The notes: generated by a model from the sequence alone, not told the origin. A stretch of 64,000 nt of DNA from Gemmatimonadales bacterium (GCA_037189525.1 JBBCJC010000005.1:992001-1056000); one strand, 5' to 3'; positions 1-10,518 are shown, numbered from the stretch's first letter. Made by a program: numbers and translations.

Positions 1-2655
1 CTGGCGCCGCTGGCTGAGCCCGCCTTGATCGCTCCGCAGCTGGCGAATGGATTCGGACTGATGGAAACGGCGGGTCATTCACCCGTCGACCTGATCCGGC
101 GGGCCGTCGGCAACGAGCGGGTCCTCCTGATCCTGGACAACTGCGAGCATCTGATCGATGCAATCGCGCTCCTGGTCGAAGAGTGTCTGGGCGCGGTGCC
201 CGACCTCAGTATCCTGGCCACGAGCCGTGAAGCACTCGGCGTCCAGGGCGAAACGGCCTGGCTGGTTCCGCCCCTCGGCGATGCCGAAGCGGCGCAGCTG
301 TTCGTAGAACGTGGCCGGAGTGTCTCGCCCGGCTTTTCCATGACCGACGCCACGCGTCCCGCCATCGAGACCATCTGCCGGCGTCTCGACGGTATCCCGC
401 TGGCCATCGAACTGGCGGCCGCGCGGGTTCGGGTCATTGCCCCCGACCAGATTGCCGAGCGGCTGTCGGATGCGCTCCGGCTGCTCAACGTGGGCAGTCG
501 CACGGCGCTGCCCAGACAGCGCACCTTGCGTGGCACGCTCGACTGGAGCTTTGCGCTCCTGACGGACTTCGAACGCTGCCTGCTCGAACGGCTGGCCGTC
601 TTTCCCGGAACCTTTTCGCTCGAGTCCGCCGAGGCCGTCGCCGCCGACGATCGCGTGGCCACGGAAGAGGTACTCGACGGAATCTCGGCGCTGGTCGACA
701 AATCGCTGATCGTGCTCGACATCAACGACACCGGGACCCGGTATCGCTTGCTGGAAACCGTCCGCCAGTATGGTGAAGAGCGGCTCCGGGCCTCCAGCGG
801 ATGGGACGCGGCACGCCAGCGTCACGCCGCCCATTTTCTGGCCAGCGCGGAGGCGGCGGCGCCTTATGTCTTCGGCGGCGCCTCAGACCCGGCCTGCATG
901 GCGCGTCTGGCCGCCGATACGCCGAACTATCGCGCCCTCGCCGAGTGGGCCGCCGAGCGGAACGATCGGGCGGAGTACTCCCTGCGGCTGGGCTGGGCAC
1001 TGCACTGGTTCTGGTTTGCCCGCGGTTCCTTCGAAGAGGGACGGCTCCAGCTGCGCAACGCGCTGACCGGAGCGGAAGGCGCTGCCGTCCAGTGGCGAGC
1101 TCGCGCGTCCCTCGCGCTGGCGCATGTCGGCATCTGGCAAGGATGGCGGAGCGGCATCACGCCGTTGATGGCGCACGCCGCCGAGGGCCTGGAAGCGGCT
1201 GGCCACCAGTTCGATCTGGCCTATGCCCTGGTCGGATGGGGCGCTGGCTTCATCATCGAAGGCAATCCGGCAGAGGCCGCGCCACGGCTCGACCGGGCGG
1301 AGGGCCTGCTGGCGGGATATCCTCCGCACGTCCTGCACTCCCTGCTCAACTTCTGGCGCGGGCTCGCTGCGCAGCATCTGGGCGATCTGCGCAGTGCTCG
1401 CGCTGCCTTCGTGAACGCCGGCGACAACGGGCGGGCGATCGGCCATCAGCCGGCCATAGCGTACCCGATGGCCATGCTCGGTAGCATCGATCTCTCCGAA
1501 CAGCAGCCCCAGGATGCCCTGCGGCACTATGGCGACAGTCTGTCCATCCACGAGGCCATCGACGATCGCTGGGGCATGGTTCGCGGCCTGGAAGGAGTCG
1601 GGATGGCAGCCGGCATGCTTGGTAACGCATCCGATGCCGCAGTCCTGCTCGGCGCGGCGGAACGATTCCGCGAGCGGTACGCCATTCCGCACGCGACCGG
1701 CGAGGTGGCCGACTATCAGGCCGCGGTGGCACGCGTGCGCAGTGCTCTCGGAGCCACCGCCGAGGAGTTCTGGCAACGGGGTCACGACCTGAAACTGCGC
1801 GATGCAGTCGCCCTCGCACGCGGGCTCGTGAAGCCGCCCAGCGAGCAAGAAGCGGCACCGTCCGTTGCGTCGATCGAGGCCGCTACTTCGCAAGCGGCGT
1901 GTGCTGACCTTGCGATCTACACATTGGGAACGTTTCGCGCCGTGGTCCGCGGTGCCGAAATCGAGTCGTCTGCCTGGGGATCTGCCCGGCCCCGGGAACT
2001 CCTGGCTTTCCTTGCCCTGCATCCCAATGGGGTGTCACGAGAGCAAGCCGGGGCGGCCATGTGGCCTGAAGCGTCGGCAACCCAGGTTCGCAACAACTTT
2101 CACGTGACGATGCACCGGCTCCGCAAGGCGTTGGGCAACAGCGAGTGGATCGTCGTCGATCAGGATCGCTACCGCATCGACCCCGCGCTCACCGTTTCCT
2201 TCGATGTCCACGCATTGGAGTCGGGCGTTGGTACGCTCGCGCTCGATGACCCGGCAAACGTCGCCAGCCTGGCAGCGTTGTTGGATGGCTATCGTGGAGA
2301 CTTCCTCGCGGGCGAGCCGGCCGGCCCCTGGCGCCAGGGCATTGCCCAGCGACTGCAACGCGTCTACATCGAGGGGCAGCTCGCGCTGATCGGATGGTAT
2401 CACGCGCACGGGCACATCGAGCCGGCCATCGAGGCGTCTCGCCGGATCATCGCTCGCGATCCGCTCAACGAAGAGGCCTGGCGGTGGCTGATCCGTTGCC
2501 AGGCCGATCAGGGCAATGCCGCACCGGCGCTCGCCACCTATCGCCAGTTTACCGACCTGCTGCAGAACGAAGTCGGCGCCGCGCCGGACGACGCTACCAG
2601 GAGCCTGGCGGACCGGATTGCGGCGAGGCTTCAGCAGACCGCCGCTACGAGTTGA
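1..2655 (+). CDS. ATPase (NB-ARC-like)/TPR protein with C-terminal winged-helix + BTAD (SARP-type) domain; 5'-partial
   Basis: Frame open from base 1. Walker B-like LLILDNCEH, ICRRLDGIPLAIELAAAR, RYRLLETVRQY, TPR-like helices, then RPRELLAFLAL...RLRKALG and DPLNEEAWRWLIRC (BTAD). Confidence 0.85.
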   Translation: MAPLAEPALIAPQLANGFGLMETAGHSPVDLIRRAVGNERVLLILDNCEHLIDAIALLVEECLGAVPDLSILATSREALGVQGETAWLVPPLGDAEAAQLFVERGRSVSPGFSMTDATRPAIETICRRLDGIPLAIELAAARVRVIAPDQIAERLSDALRLLNVGSRTALPRQRTLRGTLDWSFALLTDFERCLLERLAVFPGTFSLESAEAVAADDRVATEEVLDGISALVDKSLIVLDINDTGTRYRLLETVRQYGEERLRASSGWDAARQRHAAHFLASAEAAAPYVFGGASDPACMARLAADTPNYRALAEWAAERNDRAEYSLRLGWALHWFWFARGSFEEGRLQLRNALTGAEGAAVQWRARASLALAHVGIWQGWRSGITPLMAHAAEGLEAAGHQFDLAYALVGWGAGFIIEGNPAEAAPRLDRAEGLLAGYPPHVLHSLLNFWRGLAAQHLGDLRSARAAFVNAGDNGRAIGHQPAIAYPMAMLGSIDLSEQQPQDALRHYGDSLSIHEAIDDRWGMVRGLEGVGMAAGMLGNASDAAVLLGAAERFRERYAIPHATGEVADYQAAVARVRSALGATAEEFWQRGHDLKLRDAVALARGLVKPPSEQEAAPSVASIEAATSQAACADLAIYTLGTFRAVVRGAEIESSAWGSARPRELLAFLALHPNGVSREQAGAAMWPEASATQVRNNFHVTMHRLRKALGNSEWIVVDQDRYRIDPALTVSFDVHALESGVGTLALDDPANVASLAALLDGYRGDFLAGEPAGPWRQGIAQRLQRVYIEGQLALIGWYHAHGHIEPAIEASRRIIARDPLNEEAWRWLIRCQADQGNAAPALATYRQFTDLLQNEVGAAPDDATRSLADRIAARLQQTAATS

Positions 2656-3097
2656 TTCGCTCGACGACCACCACTTCGAAGAGTTCCTCATTGCAGCGGA
2701 ACCGCCGGGTGATGGTCTGCGTCGAACCGGGCAGCTGCATCCGATAGTCCGACCCTTCGACCACGACAGGTAAGCCCAGCTGGCACGGCGCGGGCAGCAA
2801 TCCCTTGAGGTTCCCCCCGACCACGTTGGTCAGCTCGGCCAGCGCGTCCTGGAGGTCCTGAGGGGTGACCCCTTCGTGGGGCGTGGCAAACATCGAACTG
2901 GCGGCCTGACGCCCCATCCCTTCCGTAACGAAGAGACCGATTGCGCCTTCCCACTCTCCCGATATCGTGACGACACCGGCGTAGGGCAACGCGACACCCC
3001 GCGACGCATCGATGTCCTCTTCCCACGCGGGGAGCTGCAACATGCTCTCCCAGGTACCCTGTACGATCGGTAAAATCGATTCCTCGAGCTCAGGCAT
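2645..3097 (-). CDS. cheX: Chemotaxis phosphatase CheX
   Basis: DALAELTNVVGGNLK (ExxN motif). ATG at 3097 with AAGGA RBS. Last gene of the che operon. Confidence 0.85.
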   Translation of the reverse strand: MPELEESILPIVQGTWESMLQLPAWEEDIDASRGVALPYAGVVTISGEWEGAIGLFVTEGMGRQAASSMFATPHEGVTPQDLQDALAELTNVVGGNLKGLLPAPCQLGLPVVVEGSDYRMQLPGSTQTITRRFRCNEELFEVVVVERINS

Positions 3098-3935
3098 ACT
3101 GTGTCCTTGCACTAGGTGCGGTGTACTGGTAGACGACCGCCGACCCGACCGGCGCGCGCACGAACGCGTCATCGAGCGCCATGGTCGTCTCGGCGCTGCC
3201 AAGCATGAGGTATCCGTCGGGGGCGAGAGTTTGCCTGACCTTGCGGAAGATGTCGCGCTTCATGGTCGTGTCGAAGTAGATCAGGACGTTCCGCATCAGA
3301 ATCAGATCCATGGGCGGCAGGACCGGCCACGGTGTCGCCAGGTTCATGACCTGGCAGTCGATCATGGCCCGGATATCCTCACGCACCAGCCAATCGGTGC
3401 CCACCTTGGTGAAATACTTGAGAAGCATCGGAGCCGGCAGACCACGATTGACCTCGAGCTGCGAGAAGCGGCCCGTCCTGGTGCGCTCGACCATGACGCT
3501 CGACAGGTCGGTTGCCAGCAGGGTTACTCGCCAGTTCGCCAGCTCGGGAAAATGCTCCTTGATCAGCATCGCGAGCGTCACCGGCTCCTGCCCCGACGAG
3601 CAGGCCGCCGACCAGATGGTCAGCCGCCGAGTCGCCGCACGAGCTGCGATCAAACGCGGAAGGATGACGGTCTTGAGTGCCTCGAACGGATGGAGGTCGC
3701 GATAGAACGTGGTCTCGTTGGTCGTCATGGCCTCGACCACCTTGGTGTGCAGCGGGCTCACCGCGGTCGCTGCGAGGCGCTGCACCAGGTCATCGATGGT
3801 CTTGAACCCCTCGGCACGCGCCAGCGGCGCCAGTCGGGATTCGACCAGGTACTCCTTACCCGGATCGAGCACGATTGCCGCGCGCTTGTGAACCAGCGTG
3901 CGGACAAACTCGAAGGTCTGCGCCTGAATCGCCAT
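3090..3935 (-). CDS. cheR: Chemotaxis methyltransferase CheR
   Basis: MTTNETTFYRD, IWSAACSSGQE, MRNVLIYFD motifs. Confidence 0.95.
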   Translation of the reverse strand: MAIQAQTFEFVRTLVHKRAAIVLDPGKEYLVESRLAPLARAEGFKTIDDLVQRLAATAVSPLHTKVVEAMTTNETTFYRDLHPFEALKTVILPRLIAARAATRRLTIWSAACSSGQEPVTLAMLIKEHFPELANWRVTLLATDLSSVMVERTRTGRFSQLEVNRGLPAPMLLKYFTKVGTDWLVREDIRAMIDCQVMNLATPWPVLPPMDLILMRNVLIYFDTTMKRDIFRKVRQTLAPDGYLMLGSAETTMALDDAFVRAPVGSAVVYQYTAPSARTQYA

Positions 3936-3940
3936 GGACG

Positions 3941-5056
3941 CTACCGCCCCGCCGAAGCCGTCGTGGTGTCGAACGGTCGCCGGCCAACGGCGACGGTCCT
4001 GGTGATCTCGCCGGCAATCCGGTCGAGCGGCAGCACCGCATCCGCCAGCCCAGCAGACGCAATGAATCCGGGCATACCCCAAACCACCGAAGTGGCCTCG
4101 TCCTGCACGAGAATGCGTCCATGCGCACCGCGGATCTGCTCGGCGCCGCGCAGACCATCCTGCCCCATCCCGGTCAGCACCACACCAAACGTGCCGGCGC
4201 CATAGATCGCGGCCGCCGTACGAAACATCGGATCGACCGCGGGGCGGCAGGAATTTTCCGGCGGATCCTGTGTCAGCTCGATGCGCACACGGGCGCCGTC
4301 ACGAACCAGCAGCAGATGCCAATCGCCCGGCGCAATCCAGCCGGCGCCCGGGGTCAGAACGGCGCCATCGGTGGCCTCATGAAAAGGGATCCGGCAGCGC
4401 GCCGTCAGCCGTTCTGCCAGCAGCCGCGTGAACATCGGCGGCATATGTTGGGTAACTACGATGGGGACCGGAAATGCCTCGGGCAGGTCCGCCAAAACGG
4501 TTTGCAGAGCATTGGGGCCGCCCGTCGACGCGCCGATGGCCAGCAGGTCGATCCGGCGCGCCGCGCGATCCACCGCGGCTCCGGGCCGCGGCAACGACGG
4601 CATCGGACGAATTGTCGAGACGAGATTCGGCGCCGCGATCCCGGCCACGCGCGCAGCCAGCGCCTTGACCTTCGGAATGACTTCATCCCGAATCCGCTGC
4701 TGCGCAATACTGACGCTGCCTACATTGGCGGGTTTGGTCACGTAATCCGACGCCCCGCGAGCCAGCGCATCGAGCGTAGTACCCGCCCCGCGCTCGGTCA
4801 GCGTGCTGAACATCAAGACCGGGAGCCGAGGCCAGGTTTTCCGGATTTCGACCACCGTTGCCAGACCGTCGAGTTCGGGCATTTCGACATCGAGCGTCAC
4901 GAGGTCCGGATTGACCTGCGAAATCTTCTGAAGGCCGATCCGCCCGTTAGGCGCGGTGCCGACGACCTCGATATCCGGGTCAGCCGCCAGCACGTCGGTC
5001 AGCATGCGACGCACCACCACTGCGTCGTCGACGACCAGCACACGGATCTTTCGCAT
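3941..5056 (-). CDS. cheB: Chemotaxis methylesterase CheB (REC + methylesterase)
   Basis: VLVVDD...LDVEMP receiver; GASTGGP, QHMPP, LTGMGQDG. Confidence 0.96.
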   Translation of the reverse strand: MRKIRVLVVDDAVVVRRMLTDVLAADPDIEVVGTAPNGRIGLQKISQVNPDLVTLDVEMPELDGLATVVEIRKTWPRLPVLMFSTLTERGAGTTLDALARGASDYVTKPANVGSVSIAQQRIRDEVIPKVKALAARVAGIAAPNLVSTIRPMPSLPRPGAAVDRAARRIDLLAIGASTGGPNALQTVLADLPEAFPVPIVVTQHMPPMFTRLLAERLTARCRIPFHEATDGAVLTPGAGWIAPGDWHLLLVRDGARVRIELTQDPPENSCRPAVDPMFRTAAAIYGAGTFGVVLTGMGQDGLRGAEQIRGAHGRILVQDEATSVVWGMPGFIASAGLADAVLPLDRIAGEITRTVAVGRRPFDTTTASAGR

Positions 5057-5067
5057 GGTCAGGTAGC

Positions 5068-5439
5068 CTACGCCGCGACCAGTCCGAGGATGCCGAGTTT
5101 TCCCTGGAGCGACTCCTTGGTAAACGGCTTCATCAGATACTCATTGGCGCCGGCCGCCATCGCATCGTTGACCTGTGACGCCTCCGTTTCCGTCGTCGCC
5201 ATGACGATCTTGATGTCGGCATACCGCCCATCCGCCCGGACCGCCTTGACGAGTTCGAGTCCGTTCATCTCCGGCATGTTCCAGTCGCAGAGGATTACGT
5301 CAGGCATCGGCCCTTCACCAAGTTTACCGAGTGCATCTTTACCATGGCCCGCCTCGGCGCACTCGAAGCCCAACTCCCCCATGAACCGCGACAGCATGAT
5401 CCGCATGGCACGCGAATCGTCGATAATCAGTGCCCGCAC
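5068..5439 (-). CDS. cheY: Single-domain response regulator CheY
   Basis: IIDD, CDWNMPEMNG, KPF; position in che operon. Confidence 0.92.
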   Translation of the reverse strand: MRALIIDDSRAMRIMLSRFMGELGFECAEAGHGKDALGKLGEGPMPDVILCDWNMPEMNGLELVKAVRADGRYADIKIVMATTETEASQVNDAMAAGANEYLMKPFTKESLQGKLGILGLVAA

Positions 5440-5457
5440 GCGTTCTTCTCCTCGCGA

Positions 5458-7329
5458 TCAGATCGTGAACCGCTGAACCAGCCGCTGCAACTCGGCCGAC
5501 ATCCGAGACAACTCCGCCGACGCCTTGAGCGAGTCCGTGGCGCCCTGGGAGGTCGAGGATGCTGCCTGCGCAACGCCCGAGATGTTCTGGGCAATCTCCG
5601 ACGACCCCTTGGCCGCTTCGCCCACGTTGCGACTCATCTCGTTGGTCGTCGCAGTCTGCTCTTCGACGGCGCTCGCAATCGTCGCCTGGATCTCGGCAAT
5701 CCGGTTGATCACGCTGGAGATTTCCTGGATCGCCGTGATCGACCCCGCGGTATCCTGCTGAATCGCTTCGATTTTCTGGCTGATGTCTTCGGTGGCCTTG
5801 GCAGTTTCCTTGGCCAGTTCCTTGACCTCGTTGGCCACGACGGCAAAGCCCTTCCCGGCCTCGCCGGCGCGCGCCGCTTCGATCGTCGCGTTGAGCGCGA
5901 GGAGATTGGTCTGCTGGGCAATTGACGTGATGACCTTGATGACCTTGCCGATCTCGGCGCTCGATTCGCCCAGCTTGGCAACGGTTGCGTTGGTCGACTC
6001 CGCAATCTTGACCGCATGCCCGGCAACCCGCGACGCTTCCGAGGCATTGGAGGCGATTTCCCGGATGCTGGCGCTCATCTCTTCCGTACCGGTCGCGACC
6101 GTCACGACGTTCTTGCTGACCTGTTCCGATGCCGCCGAGACGACACCCGCCTGCGCCGACGTTTCCTCGGCGTTAGCGCTCATCTGCTGGCTGACCGCGT
6201 TGAGCTCTTCGGCTGCCGCGGCCAGCGCGGTCGCGTTCTGCCCGATGGCCTGCATGCTTCCCCGCAGGTCATCGAGCAGCTTGGCCAACCCGCTGCCCAT
6301 CCGCCCGATGGCGTCGGTACCGGAGACCGTCACATCCCGGGTGAGATCGCCGGTCGATGCGGCGTCAACCACAGCCAGCATCGAGTCCACTTTCTCCCGG
6401 AGTTCCTGCGCAGCCTGCTGCTCCCGCTCGGCCGCCTCCCGGATCTGCCGCTCGGCGGCAAGCCGCTGCGTGATCACGTCCCAGGTGACCATGGGACCGA
6501 CATAGGCGCCGGTGGCGTCATAGATCGCGCTCACCAGCAGATCGAGCGTCTCGGGGCCAACTGCAATTTCGGCCCGATGCGGAAGGTTCTTGGGATCTGC
6601 CAGCAAGCGGCGCTGATGCGACGGGACTTTGTGGAAGATGTCGATGTTCTGGCCCAGCATCTCCGCCGCCTTGATCGGCAGATGCTGCTCCAGGGTCTGC
6701 AGGGTGCGGCTCGAAGCCGGATTGAGGTACCGGATACGCAGATCCCGATCCGCCATCATGACGTTGACCGGCGCATTCTCCAGCATCGTCATGGCCAGCG
6801 CCGCCTGCTTGGTCGCCGAGATGTCGGATGCGAATTTGACGACCTTGACCGGACGACCGTGCTCGCCAATGATGGGATTGTACGAGGCCTGAATCCAGAC
6901 CTCCTTACCACCTTTGCCGAACCGCTTGTACTCCGCGGTTTGCGACTTGCCGGAACCGAGATCGTGCCAGAACGCCTGATACTCGCGCGACGCGGCATAC
7001 TCGGGATCGATGAAGATCCGATGGTGCTGGCCGCGGATCTCGTCGAGCTGATAGCCCATCACGGCCAGAAAATTCTCGTTGGCCGCGACGATGGTCCCAT
7101 CCAGCTCGAACTCGATCACCGCCTGGGTCTTGTCGACGGCATCGAGCTTCGATCGGAGTTCATTCAACTCCTCTGCTCCGACCTCGATCGTCGCGTGAGC
7201 CCCTGTCAGCTCTGCCACTCCCTTGGCGATATCCGACACCCGGCGGTTCCGGGCCGGCGCTGCGGCATGCTTCATAACTTCCCCTTTTCCGGTCTGGCCG
7301 GCTTTGATGTGAGCGATACGACGCGTCAT
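5458..7329 (-). CDS. Soluble methyl-accepting chemotaxis protein with two PAS domains and HAMP (alternative start 7275)
   Basis: [30 protein letters not shown] signalling tip; two PAS domains; no transmembrane segment; ATGA overlap with the upstream gene. Confidence 0.93.
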   Translation of the reverse strand: MTRRIAHIKAGQTGKGEVMKHAAAPARNRRVSDIAKGVAELTGAHATIEVGAEELNELRSKLDAVDKTQAVIEFELDGTIVAANENFLAVMGYQLDEIRGQHHRIFIDPEYAASREYQAFWHDLGSGKSQTAEYKRFGKGGKEVWIQASYNPIIGEHGRPVKVVKFASDISATKQAALAMTMLENAPVNVMMADRDLRIRYLNPASSRTLQTLEQHLPIKAAEMLGQNIDIFHKVPSHQRRLLADPKNLPHRAEIAVGPETLDLLVSAIYDATGAYVGPMVTWDVITQRLAAERQIREAAEREQQAAQELREKVDSMLAVVDAASTGDLTRDVTVSGTDAIGRMGSGLAKLLDDLRGSMQAIGQNATALAAAAEELNAVSQQMSANAEETSAQAGVVSAASEQVSKNVVTVATGTEEMSASIREIASNASEASRVAGHAVKIAESTNATVAKLGESSAEIGKVIKVITSIAQQTNLLALNATIEAARAGEAGKGFAVVANEVKELAKETAKATEDISQKIEAIQQDTAGSITAIQEISSVINRIAEIQATIASAVEEQTATTNEMSRNVGEAAKGSSEIAQNISGVAQAASSTSQGATDSLKASAELSRMSAELQRLVQRFTI

Positions 7330-7781
7330 GGCAACGCCGCCCCCGCGGCGGAGATTCTGGTGGGTTCGGTCAGACGTTCGACGGCAGGCGCCTCCGCGTA
7401 TTGCGGCTCCGGCGACGCGATCATGTAGCTGGTGGCGTAGTTGGCCACGCGAAGGACGACGAAGGCCATGCCGAGGTACCGATGGGCCAGGTGCGACGAA
7501 GTTCCTGAGCGCAGCTTGCGGATGCCCAAGCCTACCTGCACGAGATAGATGATGAGCACGAGCACCGATGCTACGATATGGAACGTCAGCACCGGACCGA
7601 GCGGCGCCGTCCTGACCGTCTCGACAGCCGATCTGGTGATTTCGATATACAGCACGAGCCCCAGGTCAACCGCCAGTGCCATGACCATGAGACCGAGGTG
7701 CAGCCGCGTGCGGCGGCGGTAGTAGAGGCCCGCACCGATCAGCACCAGGACCGCGGTCGACAAGAGATGGAGCATGCTCAT
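7326..7781 (-). CDS. 4-TM membrane protein, DUF420-like, with four helix-start histidines
   Basis: Four hydrophobic segments; His5, His28, His68, His100; ATGA overlaps at both ends. Confidence 0.7.
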   Translation of the reverse strand: MSMLHLLSTAVLVLIGAGLYYRRRTRLHLGLMVMALAVDLGLVLYIEITRSAVETVRTAPLGPVLTFHIVASVLVLIIYLVQVGLGIRKLRSGTSSHLAHRYLGMAFVVLRVANYATSYMIASPEPQYAEAPAVERLTEPTRISAAGAALP

Positions 7782-8224
7782 TTGGACCCGACCGCCTCGA
7801 GATTGGTCGCGCAGGCCCGATCGAGCACGAGCAAGAGACGATCAGACAGCTTGTAGACCCCGCGGATCAGATCCTTGGCCGTCGGCGGCATCGTTTCCGG
7901 GGTGCGCTCGAACGAGTCGTCGTCCGTTTGAATCACGTCCCCGATCTCATCGACCCAGAGACTGATGGCGCCATCCTCGGTGCGCACTACGACGTTCATC
8001 GGCTCGACCCCATCCGGCCGCGGAGCGAGTCCGAGCCGAGTGCGCAGGTCGATAGCCGTGACGATCTGGCCACGCAGATTGATCAGGCCATGCACGGCGG
8101 GAGGCGCGAGCGGCACCCGGGTGGCCTCGAGACCTCTGATCACCTCCTGCACCTGGAGGACATCGACCCCAAAGTAGAGGTCATCAACATAGAAGGTGCA
8201 GAACTGCTGAGTCGCCATGGTCAA
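7778..8224 (-). CDS. cheW: Chemotaxis coupling protein CheW (alternative start 8218)
   Basis: FGVDVLQVQEVI, GLINLRGQIVTAIDL, VDEIGDV. Confidence 0.95.
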   Translation of the reverse strand: MTMATQQFCTFYVDDLYFGVDVLQVQEVIRGLEATRVPLAPPAVHGLINLRGQIVTAIDLRTRLGLAPRPDGVEPMNVVVRTEDGAISLWVDEIGDVIQTDDDSFERTPETMPPTAKDLIRGVYKLSDRLLLVLDRACATNLEAVGSK

Positions 8225-10518
8225 CGCTCCGTTCCTGCGCCCGCCAGCGCCTCGTCGTCTTCCCGGACCAAACCGGCCAGGCCGAGGACCGCTCGAATGT
8301 CCAGCAGATCAGTGACCTTGTCCTGGATGACCGCCGAACCCGAGACCGCGCGCCCATGCGAACGCCGCTCGACTGTGATGTCCTGCTCGGCGATATCCGT
8401 GATCTGGTCGACGACGAGGCCGATGCTCTCGCCGCGGTGCGCGTAGACGACGACCTGGATCGGATCGCTGACCGTCTCGTTCCGAACCACCCCGTCGACC
8501 AGTTCGTCCAGGTGCACCAGAGGCATGATCTCGCCGCGATACTGGACCACACGCCTGGTCCCTGCGACTTCGATCGCGCGCTGAGGGAACTCCTCCAGCC
8601 GCGCAATTTCGGAGAGCGGAACGGCCAGCCGATGATCTCGCCCGGCGCGGAACAGGAGCAGCGTGCGCCGCTCACCCGAGCCGGCAGCCGACGCCACCAC
8701 GTTCTCTTTCTGAGCGCGATCTCGGGCTGCCTGCAGCACGCCGGCCTGCTGGGCCAGCCCTCCGACATCGAGGATCAGCGCCACCTTGCCGTCGCCCATG
8801 ATGGTGGCACCGGCAAAGGCTGCAATGCCCTTGAGTTGCTTGGCAAGCGGTTTGACTACGATCTCTTCGGTATCGTTGATCTCGTCGACTACCAGGCCGA
8901 AGGACACGCCATCCGCCTGCAATACCACCACGTTGACCGCGTCGTAGTCGGCCCGCCACCGTTCGGCGGTAAAGCCGAGTGCATGATTGAGGACCACCAG
9001 CGGGAGCAGATTCCCGCGCAGCCGATAGACCGGCGCGCCATAGATCAGCTCGATGTTCTGGGCCACCTCTTCACCTTCGAGACGTACCAGTTCGAGCAGA
9101 CTGACCTGCGGAATCGCATAACGATCGCCGCGCGAGGTGACGATGAGGCCGGGAATGATGGCCAGCGTGAGCGGTATCCGAATCCGCAGCGTGGTGCCCT
9201 TGCCCGTATCGCTGCTGACGTCGACGGTGCCGCCGATCTTCTCGATGTTGGTTCGGACCACGTCCATCCCGACACCGCGCCCGGAGACGTTGGTCACTTT
9301 GGCCGCCGTCGAAAAACCTGGCGCGAAGATCAGATTGAATGCTTCCCGATCGCTGAGGCGACCCGCCTGCTCCGCGGTCAGGAGCCCTTTCTCAATCGCT
9401 TTCTGGCGTACCGCGGCAGGATCGATCCCGCCTCCGTCATCGGTAATCTCGATGTTGACCTGGCCACCCTCGTGAAAGGCCCGCATGAAGATCCGGCCCT
9501 CCGCCGGCTTGCCCCGGGCCATCCGGACCTCCGGCGGCTCGATACCGTGGTCGGCCGAGTTGCGGACGATGTGGGTGAGTGGATCCTTGATGGCTTCGAT
9601 GATGGTCTTGTCGAGCTCGGTTTCCTTGCCCTCCATCTCGAGCCTGATCCGCTTGCCGCATCCCGCCGCAAGGTCCCGCACTACCCGCGGAAACTTGCTC
9701 CAGACGTTGCCGATCGGCTGCATCCGCGTCTTCATGACGCCTTCCTGCAACTCCGTCGTGATCAGGTTGAGCCGTTGCGAGGTGGCCGACAGCGTCTGGT
9801 CCGCACTGGTGGCGAGATGCTGGAGAATCTGATTGCGGGCTAGCACGAGCTCGCCCACGAGGTTCATCAGCTTGTCGAGCAGGCCGACATCGACCCGAAT
9901 CGTGCTATCGCTCACGGAGACAGCGCCGCGTCCCCCCTCGGCCGCCTGACTCTCGAGGACTTCGGCAATCGCCTGAAACGGGACGTGCGCTTGCTCGACC
10001 AGGATCTCCCCGATATGGCGCGGATCGCCCTGCAACTGCTGCTCGGCCGCATCGCGCACCGCCTCGGGCGTCACCAGGCCGCGCGCGACCAGATGCTCAC
10101 CCATGTTCATCGGCGGCGCACCGGAGACCGCATCTTCTTCCTGCAGTGCGGTGAGACGCGCGATCAGCGGACCATAGTCGCCATCGCCCTCGGCTCCGGT
10201 CACTTCGATACTCGTCAACATCTGACGCAACGCATCGACCAGTTGCAGCAGGCCGCTGGTCCGCTCCGGCGTCAGATCGCGCGCCCCGTCGCGCAGCAGC
10301 GTCAGCAGATTCTCCCCGACATGGCTGACCGACTCGAGCTTGCCCAGACCCAGAAAACCGCAGGTGCCCTTGATGGTGTGCACACAACGGAAGATTCGCG
10401 CGAGCAGCTCATGATCCTTGGGTCGCTGTTCCAGCGCGACCAGATCACGATCGAGCTGATCGAGTCCTTCATTGCTCTCGACGAGAAACTCACGCGTGAT
10501 GTCATCCAGTTCGTGCAT
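8221..10518 (-). CDS. cheA: Histidine kinase CheA (Hpt, MshEN-like insert, dimerisation, HATPase, two CheW domains)
   Basis: IFRCVHTIKG, HIVRNSADHGIE, GFSTA...SGRGVGMDVV, two CheW-like C-terminal domains; GGAGG RBS. Confidence 0.96.
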   Translation of the reverse strand: MHELDDITREFLVESNEGLDQLDRDLVALEQRPKDHELLARIFRCVHTIKGTCGFLGLGKLESVSHVGENLLTLLRDGARDLTPERTSGLLQLVDALRQMLTSIEVTGAEGDGDYGPLIARLTALQEEDAVSGAPPMNMGEHLVARGLVTPEAVRDAAEQQLQGDPRHIGEILVEQAHVPFQAIAEVLESQAAEGGRGAVSVSDSTIRVDVGLLDKLMNLVGELVLARNQILQHLATSADQTLSATSQRLNLITTELQEGVMKTRMQPIGNVWSKFPRVVRDLAAGCGKRIRLEMEGKETELDKTIIEAIKDPLTHIVRNSADHGIEPPEVRMARGKPAEGRIFMRAFHEGGQVNIEITDDGGGIDPAAVRQKAIEKGLLTAEQAGRLSDREAFNLIFAPGFSTAAKVTNVSGRGVGMDVVRTNIEKIGGTVDVSSDTGKGTTLRIRIPLTLAIIPGLIVTSRGDRYAIPQVSLLELVRLEGEEVAQNIELIYGAPVYRLRGNLLPLVVLNHALGFTAERWRADYDAVNVVVLQADGVSFGLVVDEINDTEEIVVKPLAKQLKGIAAFAGATIMGDGKVALILDVGGLAQQAGVLQAARDRAQKENVVASAAGSGERRTLLLFRAGRDHRLAVPLSEIARLEEFPQRAIEVAGTRRVVQYRGEIMPLVHLDELVDGVVRNETVSDPIQVVVYAHRGESIGLVVDQITDIAEQDITVERRSHGRAVSGSAVIQDKVTDLLDIRAVLGLAGLVREDDEALAGAGTER

